Below, in pieces: positions 11,391-25,979 of a DNA stretch of 64,000 bases. The stretch covers positions 376,216,001 through 376,280,000 of the forward strand of contig OZ024741.1 in the NCBI GenBank assembly GCA_964016885.1, in the 5' to 3' direction. A program made the position numbers and the translations under genes. The DNA is from Eledone cirrhosa (Eukaryota). Under the pieces are notes generated by a model. It had not been told where the DNA came from. It made no database searches and saw nothing but the letters and a program-made list of their open reading frames with translations. Numbering within the stretch: position 1 is the stretch's first letter; the number at the start of each line of letters is the position of its first letter.

Positions 11391-13249
11391 AAGAATAAGA
11401 AATTTGAAAGATTGAAGCAACGGGCAGGGCGGAATCGGAGAAAATGGTTTTAGAGAAAAATAAGGCCCATTCATGTTGTGATCTCTTGGAAAAGTGTTCA
11501 TGCTGGCGTTTTGTGTATGATATACTTTTTTTAGAAAAGTGAATCATGGAACGCGTTCACTTGAAATGGAAAAAAACCGTTTCGTTTATAGAGCTATAAA
11601 TGTGTGCGTTCGTATGCGCGCGGGCAGGTGTGTTGTTTATTATACGACCGTACGAAGTTAAGAGGATATGTGTATGTGTGTATATGTAAGTAAAAAAGTG
11701 TGTATATGCTTGTAAATACGAAGCTGTGAGCAAAATATGTTAATAAAAGGGAGTGTGCGTGTGTGTGTGTGTGTGTAAAGAGCCGTGAAGGGAAACGTAG
11801 AGGTGTGTGTGCCTATTTTGTTGGTATGTATCAGCTGTAAGAGTATATGTTTCTGACCATAAGGGAGCCATAGGAATCTAGCCGTATGTATAACATTATA
11901 TATATCATACATACGTATATGCACACACAAACACACATATGTGGAACAGTGACTTTAGGGTCCTTTCAAACAAATGAGGAAATTAGCGATCTCTACCTAG
12001 CACATATTAGCCGTGCTATTCATATATTACTAAATAGATAGAAGTGGATAGAAATGGTTATGATTTTGACAGATCATTACAGTCAACTGAGTGTGTTCGA
12101 TACTGAATTTGTCTAAAAAAAATTCTAGTTGATGGCCAGGGGAGAAAAATGTTGGATAGCAGGTATTAGAATAAAAAAATATAATATATATTTAACATTT
12201 TGAACATCACAGATCTAAATCTAGTTCCAATGAAATATACCATTGATTATACTAGCAACTAAATATGGGATAATCAGTTTTAAGATTAAATTTTTATTAT
12301 GTTTACAGGTGTTTGTTTATGTAGGAACAAATCACCAAGGGGTGAATATCTTAATGGTTTGTAACTTGGTTATCAGAAATTTCATTAGATATTTTCGAGA
12401 TAACTTTAATTCCTTCTCATCAATGCTTTATAATTTATACATACATGGTTGCTGTCTTCTGCTGAACATGCGATGATAATAACAGATATTTATTCATTTA
12501 TTAAGTAAGATTCAACGAAAAATCACCGAGGAATTCCATTGTCAAAATAATATGTTCTGCCAGCAGCCTCCTTATTGGAGAGGAAGTCAATTAATAAATC
12601 TAAGAACATAATATAAATTAGACACGCTATACACTTTTGTATTTTACAATGCAGTATTCTTCAAAGAGAAGTTTCAGTTGTTAAAATTAAATAAGTTCCG
12701 GAAAGGAGAAAATGTATTTTAATTCGCTCCGGAATCTTAAAACTAATAGATAATTCAAAGATCTTTATCCTACAGCTAATGTAATTAAATATTATTATTT
12801 CTGCTTAATTGAATGCCGTGATAAGTCCGAAGATGTATCCTGGAATTTAGAAAATTCGAGAAAATATCAATACATTTCCAATTTCGATCTGAAAACAAAA
12901 CAGGAAAAAAAAAAACAAAAAAAAAACACAAAAAAAAAAACAAACAAACAAAGAAGAAACAATTTTGAAATAAATAGTTTGGACTGCAAATAATTAGATT
13001 GTCTTTATCTCCCTTAATATCAAAACTAATACCTCCCACCCCATACATGGGAATTGAATGTCACCATAACTGTTGTTGCCCACATGTTAGAAAGAATAAT
13101 TTAAATCTTCCACAAATTACATCTTATTTTCGTGACCTTCATTAGATAATATTTATATGACCGCCCGGTGGGAGCTGATTCAATGCTAAGCAATAACTGC
13201 TTCATTGCCATTGAACCTTTCCAAACAAGCCCATGAAATACCCTGGATA

Positions 13250-14040
13250 TTAAAAAAGCAAATACGTTTCATGCGAGCAGCAGCAATGTATTGTTATGGC
13301 ACATGGTAAAGTTTAGCATAACGTCAATACAAACAGATCTAGGGATGGCTAAGGTATCCTTTCTGTTTAGTTAAGTGATGGCCCTAGGTATATATGGCAA
13401 TATAGCTTAATCTTCTGATAGCCCCAAAGAAGGAGGTCTGGGGGACTTAAATCAGGGCTGTGTGTGGCCCACTCAAGATCAGTCTTCAAACTGATGACAC
13501 AATTTCCAAAGTTACTTTCTAGTCATTCCCGTGACTAAAGAGTCACGGGTGTGGGAAGTCTTGCTCCGTCTTGCTGGAACCAGATAATATTCAGTAGTGA
13601 TGAGTAAATTGGTCTTATCGGCTACAGCAAGCTTTTGTTTATTCTGCATTCTGTAGGGCCACTTCTTAATACCTTTAACAACCCTTTTGCAAGTTTCTGT
13701 GGAAAGACCTAAAGATTGGCTCTCCTAGCCAATCCTTTTGGCCTCTATTCAACAGATTTCAATAACTTTCGGTGTGCGCTTCCTGGCTCGTCCAGAGTGA
13801 GTAAGACGGTTCTCAGCCATTGTATTGAAGTCTTTACAGTCCTGTAGGTCTCAAAACTCTTCGCTAAGTTGATCTGTAGATATTGGCTTTGAAGGATGAT
13901 ATTTCCGGTCTCCAAAATACATCAAAGTGCTCCTTGACTTGCTTGCACGAGCCACTCCTATAGTAATGTTTCATACAGAAAACAATCCGGTCCTGGAGCT
14001 CCCATTTAGGTCTTGTCTTCAAGGACGTTGTATCTGCCAT
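13250..14040 (-). pseudogene. Tc1/mariner-superfamily transposase remnant
   Basis: Across frames: DRIVFCMKHYYRSGSCKQV (N-terminal HTH-like), SLGLSTETCKRVVKGIKKWPYRMQ, WFQQDGA, HSPDLSP..LWGY. TIRs not recognised. Confidence 0.8.
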
Positions 14041-14929
14041 GACCTGAAATGTAAAGTTGATCGGTTAGAAAATGAACATGAATTTACGCAAAACATGTGT
14101 TGGGCCAGACCTTTATATTTATTGCGGATGGGTGTCTTACATCTCATAATCCATTACGTTATTGAGTGAACACAGAGCTAGCTGATATCACTATTACACC
14201 AGTGGCAATAGATAGAGTATCGTAGACTCCTGGCGTATCAGTAAGCGTAGTAAAAGGTAACTGTTCTTAAGAAAGAAAATATGAAAGCAGGGACCAGAAA
14301 AATAAACATAATTGCATACAACATCAACAAAACCTGCTGTTATCACCAATACCACCAGTAGGAATAAAAAACAAAAGCATCATCATCAATAGTATCAATA
14401 TGAATAACAGCGCTACAGCAAAAGTCACGAGTATCATTGAGCAGATCTATAGAAACGAAAACCAGGAATCAAAAGATAATACTTATTGTACACAGTATGT
14501 TTCTCTAAGTTTATTAAGAGATATGAGTGAGGAATTAATACTCACTCCGTCAAATACATGTATTCGTCTAGAGAAAATGATATAGCCTGTTCTTGAGGAA
14601 ATACCGCCAGGGACACTGGTCCAGAACTGGTTCGGGAATCCTGATCCAGTTACAACCGAAAAAGCTGAAAAAGAATCCCGAGCATATACGCTTCCCAAAC
14701 GGAAGTGTTTAATATCATGGGGTGGGTTAGGGAAATTGTGAGTGGTAAAGGGTTAGTTCAGATGAAGACTAAAATGCGTTAATATTGTTGTACGCACACA
14801 CACGTATAATTGTATATATATATATATATAAATAAATAAATATATATATATATATATATATAATTAGTATATATACCTTGCACCAATAATATTTCAAACA
14901 TACAACCTAATATTACCAACAAACACCAA

Positions 14930-15976
14930 ATGAAAAACCCACACCTAAATGCCACTCATACTACACCTAAAAACACCAACCTAAAACTTAATTTATCTAC
15001 CTCTTCTCTCATAAAATATAATGACTTTCAAAAAACCATTTATCCTAATACTCCAAGATATGTTAACAACATTACTAACAAAATTCCTAGTATTCAGACT
15101 AAAAGACCTAAATCAGTTAATCTAACTAAACCTATATATAATAAAATCACTAGTAGTAACTCTCTTAGTAAACATCCTGATACATCGTGTAAATATAAGA
15201 AACAATATCGAAACCGTAATAGACGGGTTTCTTGGTATAATGCTCCATTTAATCTACAAATTAAGGACAATATCCCTAAAACATTCTTTGCTATCCTAGA
15301 GAAAAACTTCCCACCAAACCATAAATACCATCAAATTTTAAATAGATCTACAGTCAAATTCTCCTACTCCACTACCAAAAATTTACAACAGAATATGTAC
15401 AATGCATATAAATGTAAAAAACCCCATAAATATACCAATAAATCAAACCAACCATAATAATACTAAAATAAACCATAACAAACCACCATCTCCTTCACCT
15501 ATAACATGTCCTGTAAATTCCACACCAAATTTAACTAACACCCCTGATATAATATTCACGAATGGTTGTAACTGTAGAATCAAAAGAAATTGCCCATTAA
15601 AGGGAAATTGTCTTATTAATAACATAGTATATAAATGTAAAGTTAGCACTAAGGACTCCACTTATTCATATATATAGGAGCTACATCTAACCAATTTAAA
15701 GTAAGTTTTAATATCCACAAACACAGTTTTAAAAATGCCGCATTAGCTAATACAACATCCTTGGCTGAAACAATTAATACTTATAGAAAGAAGAACATCG
15801 ATTACAACCTGACCTGGAACGTTTATCAAAATAGCAGATACGAGTGTAGGTTATGCTCCCAAGAACTTTTTGAGATCATGAAATCTAAGGATATCCTATT
15901 AAATAAGCGGCAGGAATTAATTATATCTTGCAATAATAGAATTAGAAGAACCTTCAAATATTATAATCCTAATTAA
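14930..15976 (+). pseudogene. PLE linker + GIY-YIG endonuclease, frameshifted
   Basis: WYNAPFNL..FFAILEKNFPPNHKYHQILNRSTVKFSYS, GCNCRIKRNCPLKGNCLINNIVYKC, YIGATS, CRLCSQE..LLNKRQE. Confidence 0.9.
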
Positions 15977-16304
15977 TATACACATTACTCTTATATTTTA
16001 CAAATTATTATAATTGTTTTATTTAATTTTGTTAACCTATAATTAGTATTTTACTACAGAGAACCTGATATTTTTTTCCCTCTTACAGCTCTCTTTTCCT
16101 AACATTATTTTTAACCACACTACTTCATTTATTCGCATCCCCTATTTATCACATTTAATACCTATGATTGTTAAATATAATTAATATCTTTAATATCATC
16201 AATGTCCGTATAGATACAATACTCTTTATAAAGAAAAATGTTTTATCTACTTCAATTTTTCCATATATTTATCTTCTATTTTTATTCCTTTAATTTCATA
16301 CTTC

Positions 16305-16680
16305 TTTATTTATCACATTCATATGAATTAATATAATTTTATCCCTGTAAGTATACCTATGAATTAATTTAATTTCCTGTTATTTATTTAGATTCCTTGT
16401 AGTTTAAATAAGATTGGTATTTCTCACTAATACCCTTATCCCCAAATTTTATTTTCCTTCGTTTTTAACAACACTCTTTATAACATCAAGTTTTATTTAT
16501 CACATTCATATGAATTAATATAACTTTATCCCTGTAAGTATACCTATCAATTCATTTAATTTCTTGTTATATATCTAGATTCCTTGTCGTTTAAATAAGA
16601 TAGGTATTTCTCACTAATACCCTTACCCTAAAATTTTATTTTCCTTCGTTTTTAACAATATTGTTGAATAACATCAAATT
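16305..16680 (+). repeat. ~187-bp tandem duplication in PLE 3' UTR
   Basis: TTTATTTATCACATTCATATGAATTAATATAA..TTTTCCTTCGTTTTTAACAA occurs twice. Confidence 0.9.
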
Positions 16681-16903
16681 TTCGTGTACCCTCCTCTATC
16701 TTTTTTGACTTGACCTCATTTCATCTCCACAGCATTCTTTTCATTCAAAGTATAAGTCTGTACTCCTATACCCCTAGATTTAATCTCTATTTCTGTCATT
16801 GTATCAACTTGACCTCTAACTCCTTTTCTATTGGTCAATTCAAAACCTGTTCCCGAACAGACCCTTTATATTAATTCTTTGTTTTTTTCAATAAATACAT
16901 CTC

Positions 16904-17035
16904 ATCATTTCTGAGGACGGCATGTATACGTCAAGGTATGTATATTCCCTCTGATAATTTGTAATATCTTTACATAGATTTATATGATATACATACCAAC
17001 ACACATATTCATCCCAGAAACGATCGTAAAATGAT
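16904..17035 (+). ncRNA. Type I hammerhead ribozyme with long stem II
   Basis: ATCATTT-CTGAGGA-[~100 nt including GGTATGTATAT/ATATACATACC]-GAAA-CGATCG-TA-AAATGAT. Stem I has 7 bp and stem III is the palindrome ACGATCGT. The base of stem II is imperfect. Confidence 0.8.
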
Positions 17036-17091
17036 AAATTTTTTAATATAAAGAACTTGTTCTTTGTGTTTATTTCATTGTTTATATTAAT

Positions 17092-17161
<70 letters not shown>

Positions 17162-19984
17162 TGCAGAGGGAGAGAGAGATAGTTAACTAGATAGATAGAT
17201 AGAGGGAGAGAGGTAACGTATTACTAAAGAGTGTTATAAATTATTCTGCATGATGAATCATAGTGAATAACGTTTTGAAGTAAGAACAGTTGATATGTTG
17301 TTATTGGGAAAATCAAACTATAGGATAATAAATCCATATAATAAATTAGCGTACAAAAGTCTTGAAACAGCACAGTTTGTAGAACGATCCTGATGTAGTC
17401 ATAGCATTATATTCTATATTGATGTCGCGAAGTTTCAGGCAGTTTAATCGAATTATATCCGTTCATTTGAGCCTATCAGACAATTACATATTTGCTGTTT
17501 AAGATACTTTCTTCGTGGGAATTGATACCGCCAAATAATGTTAGGTAAATTTCTTATTGGACATATTAATATCAAGTGAACTGCTTGAGTGATGGTTAAC
17601 TGAATGAAAACTATAGCTGCGACTTTAGCACTTTTAGGTTTATCTTAAACAAAAGTAAATTACACTTACAACACAAAGAACACGCTTAATATTATAAAGC
17701 TACGGATATATCTATCGATTTTTCAGGATTGGTAGAGCAGGGAACATAAATGCATAATATCAGTTTATCCCAATATTATCAAACACAATAATGTAAAGGA
17801 CACAAGAAGCTGGGACAAGTTTCCTCATAATATTTGTTTTCCTTCCTTCAAGAATATGTTTAAATTCTGCATTGAGCAGTGTTGCCTTCATCTTTCGGTA
17901 GTCGATAAAATGTGAAACATTCGTAAACTAAGATCGATTCAATTGGTTATCGTTGTCCAAAATTTTATAACTTTATACATTATTTACTTCTCTTAAAGGG
18001 GCACTAGATCATAAGATAGAACTCCGAACTGCAAATCTTTCAATATTTAGTTTTGTCCTACATCGTATTTCTAAATTGATTTTCCTTTGCTTCTCATGTA
18101 GATTGATAAACTACGACGCAGATGCTTTTTTTTTTCTGCTACAAATTTGTGGCATTATACCTGTGTAAGGATTCTTTATTTATCTCTTTATACATCATAT
18201 CAGAATTTAATTAGATAGGAAAGAAAGCAAGCACAACTGTAGGATGTTCATACTTTTCTCAAAGTCGATTGAGAGAAAAGTATATGTGGGTACGATACAT
18301 CAGAATATCAAACTGGATTGCTAAGTTGATTCATGAAGAGATTACTACAATCAATATTGTTACAGTATTCGCTATACAGTTTTTACACAACTGCTGTGTA
18401 ATTTGAAACATTAACATTATCTAATAAACGTTTTAATTTGATAAATTCCACGTGACAAAAGAAAACTTTACAACTTTCTAAAACTTTGCTTTAACGATGT
18501 AGGTTGATATATTTATCTTGAGCTCATGGCATAATGTACACACACCTAACTTAGCGGAAAAACTGCACGTACACATACATATAATTTATAAAACTCAGAG
18601 TTTAAAGAAATATTCAGTATTTCTTTATCTGGTGTAAAGAAAGAAATGCTGCTTTAAAAGACAATGTTATTAAGATTGGAATATACGTTAACATAAGAAT
18701 ACAAGGAATGGACCACTATCTAATTTATAATTTTAATCATTAGAATTTTGTATGAATGGATGGATAAAGATTTTCATTGTAAGTTCGCAAATGCTTTTGC
18801 TCGAGGTTAATTTAAAACAAATTGCGAACGTATCATTCACTTATGCAACAATTTCGTTCTAAATTTGTTGAAGAAGCGCAAGAAATCAACGAAAACATGA
18901 ATTACTTCTTGTTCAATAAGCATCAATCCTTTTTTAGATTTAAGAAAAATGATGTAGAAAAATTGATTGGTAAATAAATGTAACTTATTTTATTTTTAAC
19001 TTCATTAAAATACTTTATGTTTATAGGTAAATAAGGACATAGTGATGTGTCCGGATTTCCGAAAGTATTGTGAGACGGTACGTTAAATGCAATCACGTAA
19101 AGAAAGGATATAAAGTATTTCAGCAACGATAGGTCGGTACGTCCATACCATCAAATACTTAAATCAGGGTCTGAACGAGGAGACAAAGGGGGTTGAATCA
19201 CTGCATCTAACGGTCAATGATCACATCTCAACACCAATACTCCGTATGCAATGCAATATCAAGATATTGAACCCACAAACTAATCTCCGCTCTAACTCAA
19301 AGTTATATAAAGGTACCACAGAAGCAATTTATTTGTCAAGATTCCAGGCAAAATGTATTTTTCTTATTGGCATGGCCTGAGAAGGATATATAACATTCAT
19401 GATCCCTTCTTGAGACTGGTACGTGGAATGAAGAACCTTGTGCTTTCAACGAGTGGACTGCGTTCATGAAATATAGAGAGACGGTAGTCGTGTTAAATTG
19501 AACAGCCTTTTACAAAGGTTCCCTTTACGAAATTGAATTCTGTCAATTACCTCTGGGTGCTCTTTAAATAAAAAGAACATACCGGCTCCCTTTAACCAGA
19601 TACACAATCTTTTAAATACTTTTTATACCCAGAGAAACTCTAATAGAGAAGACGTCTGATCAAAGACATTCCAGCCATGATAGCCCTATATTTTTGTGAG
19701 TATAGTTTGACTATGACTGTAGTTTACAATATGACTTTGGCGGGGTTTCTTACGGTGGGGTCTGTATGAATTGTTGGTTGGCTTCCTCTCTGAATCGATG
19801 TTTAATAAAATGCAGAATTCAGATAATCAGATTCCAGCTGTCTAAACATAATTACTGGCATAACAGATTTAAAGGTGTATTAGATTCCCAAAAGAACTAC
19901 TTTATAATATGGCGAAGATGCTAACAAAATAAAACAAGTCAGTTTGCTACTCGCGTGGATAGTGACAAGTGTGTCGATATCATT

Positions 19985-20028
19985 ATGACGTTAAGTCACA
20001 TTCACTTTTTCCGGGAAATAATGAGTCA
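19985..20028. promoter_or_regulatory. Candidate cis-regulatory motif cluster (CRE-like, STAT/GAS, AP-1)
   Basis: ATGACGTT at 19985, TTCCGGGAA at 20009-20017 and TGAGTCA at 20022-20028, in apparently non-repetitive DNA. Confidence 0.3.
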
Positions 20029-21689
20029 TATGATTTGTAGTGTTTGGCTCTGTTTATCGTCAATTATATGTAACATTTCCACAGTCAGAATTGAACTCAT
20101 AAATGTAATACAACAAACCTTTATTCGCTATATCATATAGTAATGCTAACTCCACCTGAAGTGCCAAACAGTTCCTACACTATAGTATATATTTAAATAT
20201 TGGTGCTCTGAGCTATTTTGAGTTAAGTGTCATATCCCCCGCCTCAGTGCAGTGTCAGATTCAGATACAGAATATGAGCTCCCATCCTATTAATCCCGGT
20301 GCAACAAACAGCGTTCTAGAATGACATGATCTTTCCTTCTTCTCGTTTTCTCTCTCATGAACTGGAAGTTGATAGACGATAGGTTATTTATTATATTGCT
20401 CTCTGGTCGCTTTGTATTATTCATCTTTCCATTCGTAAACTATTTCGAATACTTAAACTATGAGAGCTGTCGTCTACAAAATCGTTTTCTTGCAAAACTC
20501 CATTTCTATTAGGATGTTTCACCTTTAACTTTTCTTTCTGCACTACATTCAGTACATTGCATTTAATTGTCATCTGTTCCGAATAGCTGTCGTAGAATTT
20601 GAAATTCTCTGACAAGCCATATTCTATATTAGTAAAACATGATTCTTTCCGATTCAATAAGCACAGATGTACGTATTTCGAAACAAACTTGAAAGCTGTT
20701 CAAGTATGGCTGAGCAAACTAAACGTAGTCATGCTGCACAGCGTATATTGAATTAATTACGCTAGAGTTCAGTTGAACTTCTTGTGGATAATTTGAAATC
20801 GTACAGAATAATTTAATTAATATAAATACAAACTGTTCAAACTGTGTCTGCACTTAACAAAAGTAGTTTCTCTGATATACTTAATGTCGCTGTTACCGAA
20901 CAACTTTATATTCAACTTCTCTCTCTGTTTTTATATTTCAAAATTACTTTAGTATTCATCAAAAGGTTACATACTAATACTGAGTGGATTTTCCGAAATA
21001 TATTTTACTAGATAATAAAACAATCGATATGTATGTAGCAGTTAATCCTGCCCGTTTGATATGACAGTCGAATTATCCCAAAATTTTAGCTGTCTTAAAA
21101 TGAGTACAATACAAAGTTTCAAATATTCGGACAAACTAACTATAATAAAGATGAAGTGAGTGAGTTTAAAATACTATCCTAATTATTAATTTGGATGCTT
21201 TCCTTTTCTGTATTTTTAACCAAATAAAATAATAAAAGTGTAAAGAAAATTATGAATTTGAACTAAAATTAATACAGTGTAAAATGTATATCAATATGCC
21301 CTAATTTGTGAGCTTAATTTGAAGCTATGGTAACGAAATTTAAATCAAATTCAACAAAATCGCGTTTCATTCCTGGTGTATGCCGAGTGGAAAAGAAACT
21401 AAAAAAATGAGCTAATAATTGTTTCTAATTTAGGTTCAATAACGGCAAATTGAGGGGTAAGTTAAAGTTGAATATATAAAGCCCTGTACCTAAGTTATAT
21501 TTTATTGACCTCGGAAGTATGGAAGGTAAAGTTGATGTCGGTAAAATGGAAACTCGAAATAAAAAAAAAGCTGGAACAAATGCCGTAAAACATTTTGTTG
21601 GAGATTCCTCAAGAGTGATAATGTATGGTTTCTGTTCATAATATTCGTTTTTTCATATCTTGTCTCTTTGAATGAGCCGCAGTTCTAGT

Positions 21690-22420
21690 TGCGTTCTATT
21701 AGGATTAGTGGCGGACAAACGCGACGATATTCTCGGGATACTATAGGCATCGACAAGAACGAAGTAGCCAGTAGCCTGGCAGTGCTACCGGGAGGGCTCT
21801 GACAGCTCGAGAAAAACACTACAGGAACTGAAGTGTTCTCAGACGGACTTGTCCGAGATGTGCGCAAAGATGAAACAGTTCTATACACATTCGTCCAGTG
21901 TCCAAGCATTACTCAATTGTGGAGATTTATTAAACAGCTATTTTCGCGAGGAGGACCGATCCGGCTATCGATTGAGACCATAGGGAAAATAACCCCTATC
22001 ATCTTTTAATCAAGGAGGACAGGGAATTTTCCTCTGTTTTGTGGTTGTAACGAAAGAGGTTGTGTGGTGGACGCCGCTTAAAGGATTGTAGACAGTCACT
22101 TTCCTCTTCGGTTAAGATGTAGAGGAAAGTGCTGCCCCCGTCCAATTTTTGTAAGATGGGCAAATTTAGCGAGGTTGGGCCGAGTGAATGAGCCTATTCT
22201 GAGCATACGGCTGTAAACTGGAGAGTTCAGAGAGGAAAGGGGCACCTCTCTTAGGTGTACTAGTCAATTAGCATAGTTTCAGAATCGTGGTGTCCTAAAC
22301 TATAACTCTGGTTGATGCTCCCCCATATTGGGGAATTCTGTTGTATTAATCTAATGCACATTTCCACTGCCCTTGTCAATTTATATTCTCCCTTGTTTGT
22401 AGGCCCCTATCATCTTTTGA
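21690..22420 (+). mobile_element. L1/Tx1-like LINE 3' fragment (Cys-rich C-terminal domain + 3' UTR)
   Basis: SLAWQCYREG..TCPRC..DETVLYTFVQCPSITQLWRFI across frames. Similar to 50510-51060 on the minus strand. Confidence 0.7.
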
Positions 22421-22458
22421 CTGGGAAGAAAGAATTATTATTATTATCATGGTATTAA

Positions 22459-22680
22459 GGCAGTGGATTGGCAATATTGGTAGAACGTCGGAAAACATGT
22501 TTTGCGGCAGAGAGTTACGTCCAATAGAGTTCAAATCCCACCCACCGAGGGTAGCTTAGCCTTTCATCCTTACGGAGTCGATAAAATAAAGTACCATAAA
22601 TGCACTAGGTTCGATTTAATCAGCTTACCCCCCCCCCCCCCCCCCAACATTGTTGGCCTTGTGCCTGAACCAGAAAATAT
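22459..22680 (+). mobile_element. tRNA-derived SINE, near full length
   Basis: GGCAGTGGATTGGCAAT..GAGTTCAAATCCC..CCTTTCATCCTTACGGAGTCGATAAAATAAAGTACC. Confidence 0.85.
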
Positions 22681-23170
22681 TGTTATTCACATTTTATTCT
22701 TTTTAATAACAATACACAATAGCTATAAAACATTCAGATGAAATTAACCAGATGTGAACTCATTTGATTAGATAGATGTGTTTCCAGAATTACGTATATT
22801 TGCGCCAAGTTATACAAGTATATAGATACATATCTATCCATCTATACATACAAAGATATATACATATATGCATAGAAATGTATATATGTTCACGCGTATG
22901 CATGTATCTGTATGTGGTTGTGTGGATGTGCATGTAGATGTACGTATGTGTTGTAGCTGTTTGACACGTACCCTATAAGGCGTATATGAACACATGACAT
23001 ACGGTAATGAATGTATAAGTATTGTTGGATGAATGATTACTTACAGGGACAAATGTAGTGTTAGAACTTAGGAACATGGTATTGGAAGATGAAATATCTC
23101 TTATAGCAATATGATTCAGAGTGGAAATACATAGTACGCATGTGTGTGTGTGTGTGTGTAAATTGTAAAG

Positions 23171-23238
<68 letters not shown>

Positions 23239-23371
23239 GTTAGACCACCCGTGATCCGTTGGTTTATTTCCCTTAACAATATATATTAAAAATCATGTAC
23301 ACTTAAATATAATTTTTAAATAATCAAAATATACACAGACATGTATATAATGTAAAATTAAATTGGAAGGC

Positions 23372-23429
<58 letters not shown>

Positions 23430-23435
<6 letters not shown>

Positions 23436-23748
23436 TGAATATAAAAGAAAAACGATCGCAGATATATACATATATGTGTTCAAATCGTTAGGGACCAGAT
23501 TCGCTAAGGTGAAAAGAATACTTATAATAATTATTTGAATTAGCTCAACAAATTAACGGACCCGAATATGTCAAAGGTATATATTGAGTTAGAATCTCAA
23601 AATTATCTCTTACAATAAAATAGCTTTAGGAAAGAGATTTTTCCGAGCCGTATATTATAATTGAATATAAAAGAAAAACGAACGCAGATATATACATATA
23701 TATGTTCAAATCGTAAGGGACCAGATTCGATAAGGTGAAAAGAATACT
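23430..23748 (+). repeat. ~90-bp direct repeat pair
   Basis: TTGAATATAAAAGAAAAACG..CAAATCG..GGGACCAGATTCG..AAGGTGAAAAGAATACT at ~23436 and ~23661. Confidence 0.9.
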
Positions 23749-24059
23749 AACTATACACAATAGGGTTTGGCAGACTCAATTTAAGAATAAATCAAGAAAA
23801 TAAATACAAACCGGATTTCTACTGAGTTGGACCCACCTTGCTAATGTAAAAAAAAAAAAAATTTCCCCCATAGCTGGGGTTGGTCAAAAGTAGCCCAGTG
23901 ACACCCAGCAGGCACCGGGTTATTACCTCCCTTAGCGAGTTATATCCCTTTCACCGGCGGCAACGGGTTTACTATTTTCGAACAGAATACATGGGGACGT
24001 GAAGTTGTGATAATCTCTGAAAGATAATTGTAATTAAGGACCTAACCATTGGAATTTCT

Positions 24060-24098
24060 GCCTCGACGAGCCCTTCTGGGCGAAACACGTGTAAGAGC
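24060..24098 (+). ncRNA. Hammerhead motif with damaged 5' core/stem I
   Basis: GCCT-CGACGA-GCCC TTCT GGGC-GAAA-CACGTG-TA-AGAGC. Stem II is perfect and stem III is the palindrome ACACGTGT. Confidence 0.6.
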
Positions 24099-24984
24099 TA
24101 TATAAAGAAACGTTTTAACAGCTTGTAACTCGTTCATTCACTCATTCATTTGCTTTTATATATATATATATATTGTTATACTTTGGGAGGGTCATGTTAC
24201 CAATAAGAAACACACGCACCAGTTGCATTCACTTCAATTTATTATAAATTAAATTTATAAATTTAGGAATTTATAAATTTCCGGTTGGTTGGTTGGTTCC
24301 ACAACCAGACGATTGTTCATATATTGTCAAAGTTCTTTCGTCACACATTCTGTGACCTTTTCAGTGACTGGGGATTCTTTTCTTTGTTTTTGTGCCTCTC
24401 CTTTGTTCTGTCCTACGCCATCTTGTTTTTGTGTGTGTTGTGTGCTAAGTTTGCGCATGTGTTATATCCGGGTGTCTGTGTGTGTTTATATTTGTTTATT
24501 TATTTGTTTATTTACATGTTACTGGTTGGTTGTTTGTTCTATGTGTGTGTGTGTTTTCATTTTGTCCTTAATTGTAAGTTGTGATGTTGCTATTCCATTC
24601 ATGTTGCATGAATGGAATAGCAACACACACACATATGACCTATTATTATGGTTGATTAATCACTCATAGACATGCCAACTGAATATAATATCCTTACCAG
24701 ATGACATATGTCCATTGTTTTCACCAATCACTCATAACGTCCAGCTCGTCTCCAATCTACATTGTCAATGTAATAAAAAAAAATATCGATCAAATGATCG
24801 TTGTTTATTTTAGAATTTAAATAACTGAAAAAAGAAATTTTGTCTCCTAATTGTTTCGATAATTTACATCGATCGATGTTTTTCTACTTACAATTGGACA
24901 TTTGTGAGACAGTTATATTTGTATATACATTTTAGAATTCTCAATTAGAGTATTTTCTATAAACTATATTACTAAGCATTGATT

Positions 24985-25100
24985 TCTAATTTGGGCACAC
25001 TGCCAGCAAGTTTCGGGGAAAGTTTATTAAATCAACTGCAGTACTTGATTGGTACTTTATTTTATCGACCCTTGAAGGACGAAAGGTTAAATTGACATCG
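24985..25100 (-). mobile_element. SINE fragment
   Basis: GGTACTTTATTTTATCGACCC..GAAAGG is the reverse complement of the SINE core. Confidence 0.75.
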
Positions 25101-25912
25101 GTGGTTACTTGGACGCAGAATCTAAAGAACCAGAATATATTTTGATTGTTTATTCCGCAAATCTTCCACCCCCGGTATTGCTCATTATAAAAATTTGGTG
25201 CTAAACTTTGTACAGAGAGATCGCATTTGAGTTTTCCCAATTTTTTTCCTGGTTTCACCAGTTCCGCTCACTCTCTCTGGCCTTTCAAGTAGCACAGATC
25301 CATATTCAGTGAAAGCCGCTCTCTTTCTGGCCTTTCAAGTAGCACAGATCCATGTTCAGTGAAAGGAAATATACATTATATTTGTTTATCTTTAATGTAT
25401 GTATTTTGATTCATTTTACACGGGTCATTAAGTTAAATCTATTTTTCATATATCCAAATTTCACAGTTCGAATTCTTTGTAATTCAATGTGTTTTGTTAA
25501 ACATTTAATCAGAAAAAAAATCTTATCGCATTATCTACAAAATATTTATTCCTATACTTAGTATTTTAAGAACCCAGTTCTGAATCAAATTATTAATGTT
25601 TGACTCTGGAGGTTGACCAGTTTGAAATATTTAGAAATGATGGTATATGAAGTTTCAGGTAAACTCGCTAGATTTCAGTGGTTTGAATAGATATGAGAAC
25701 TTGGCTAAAATAAAACATTAGTAAACTAAGAATACCCTCCCCCAAACAAAAATACATTAGCTCTAAAACAATAATTACTAACAATGATTACTATGTATTT
25801 ATGTATATTTCCGCCAGAAAGATGGATCGGTCTACAAAGAATACATATGTAAAAAATGTACATTTATTTTAACATGATAATCTGAATGGATTTTTAATAT
25901 TTATATTTATAT

Positions 25913-25979
<67 letters not shown>

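Larger units (their letters stand above)
14865..17090 (+). mobile_element. 5'-truncated Penelope-like (Naiad-like) element flanked by (TA)n on both sides
   Basis: GIY-YIG-region ORFs, long AT-rich 3' UTR, HHR near the 3' end, (TA)n at ~14813-14862 and ~17090-17160. Confidence 0.88.

Noticed and set aside
20421-20790. Minus-strand ORF and upstream NSSVINSIYA resembling a GPCR TM7/C-tail
   Set aside because: The segments are in different frames with stops, have no transmembrane segment and show no recognisable domain.
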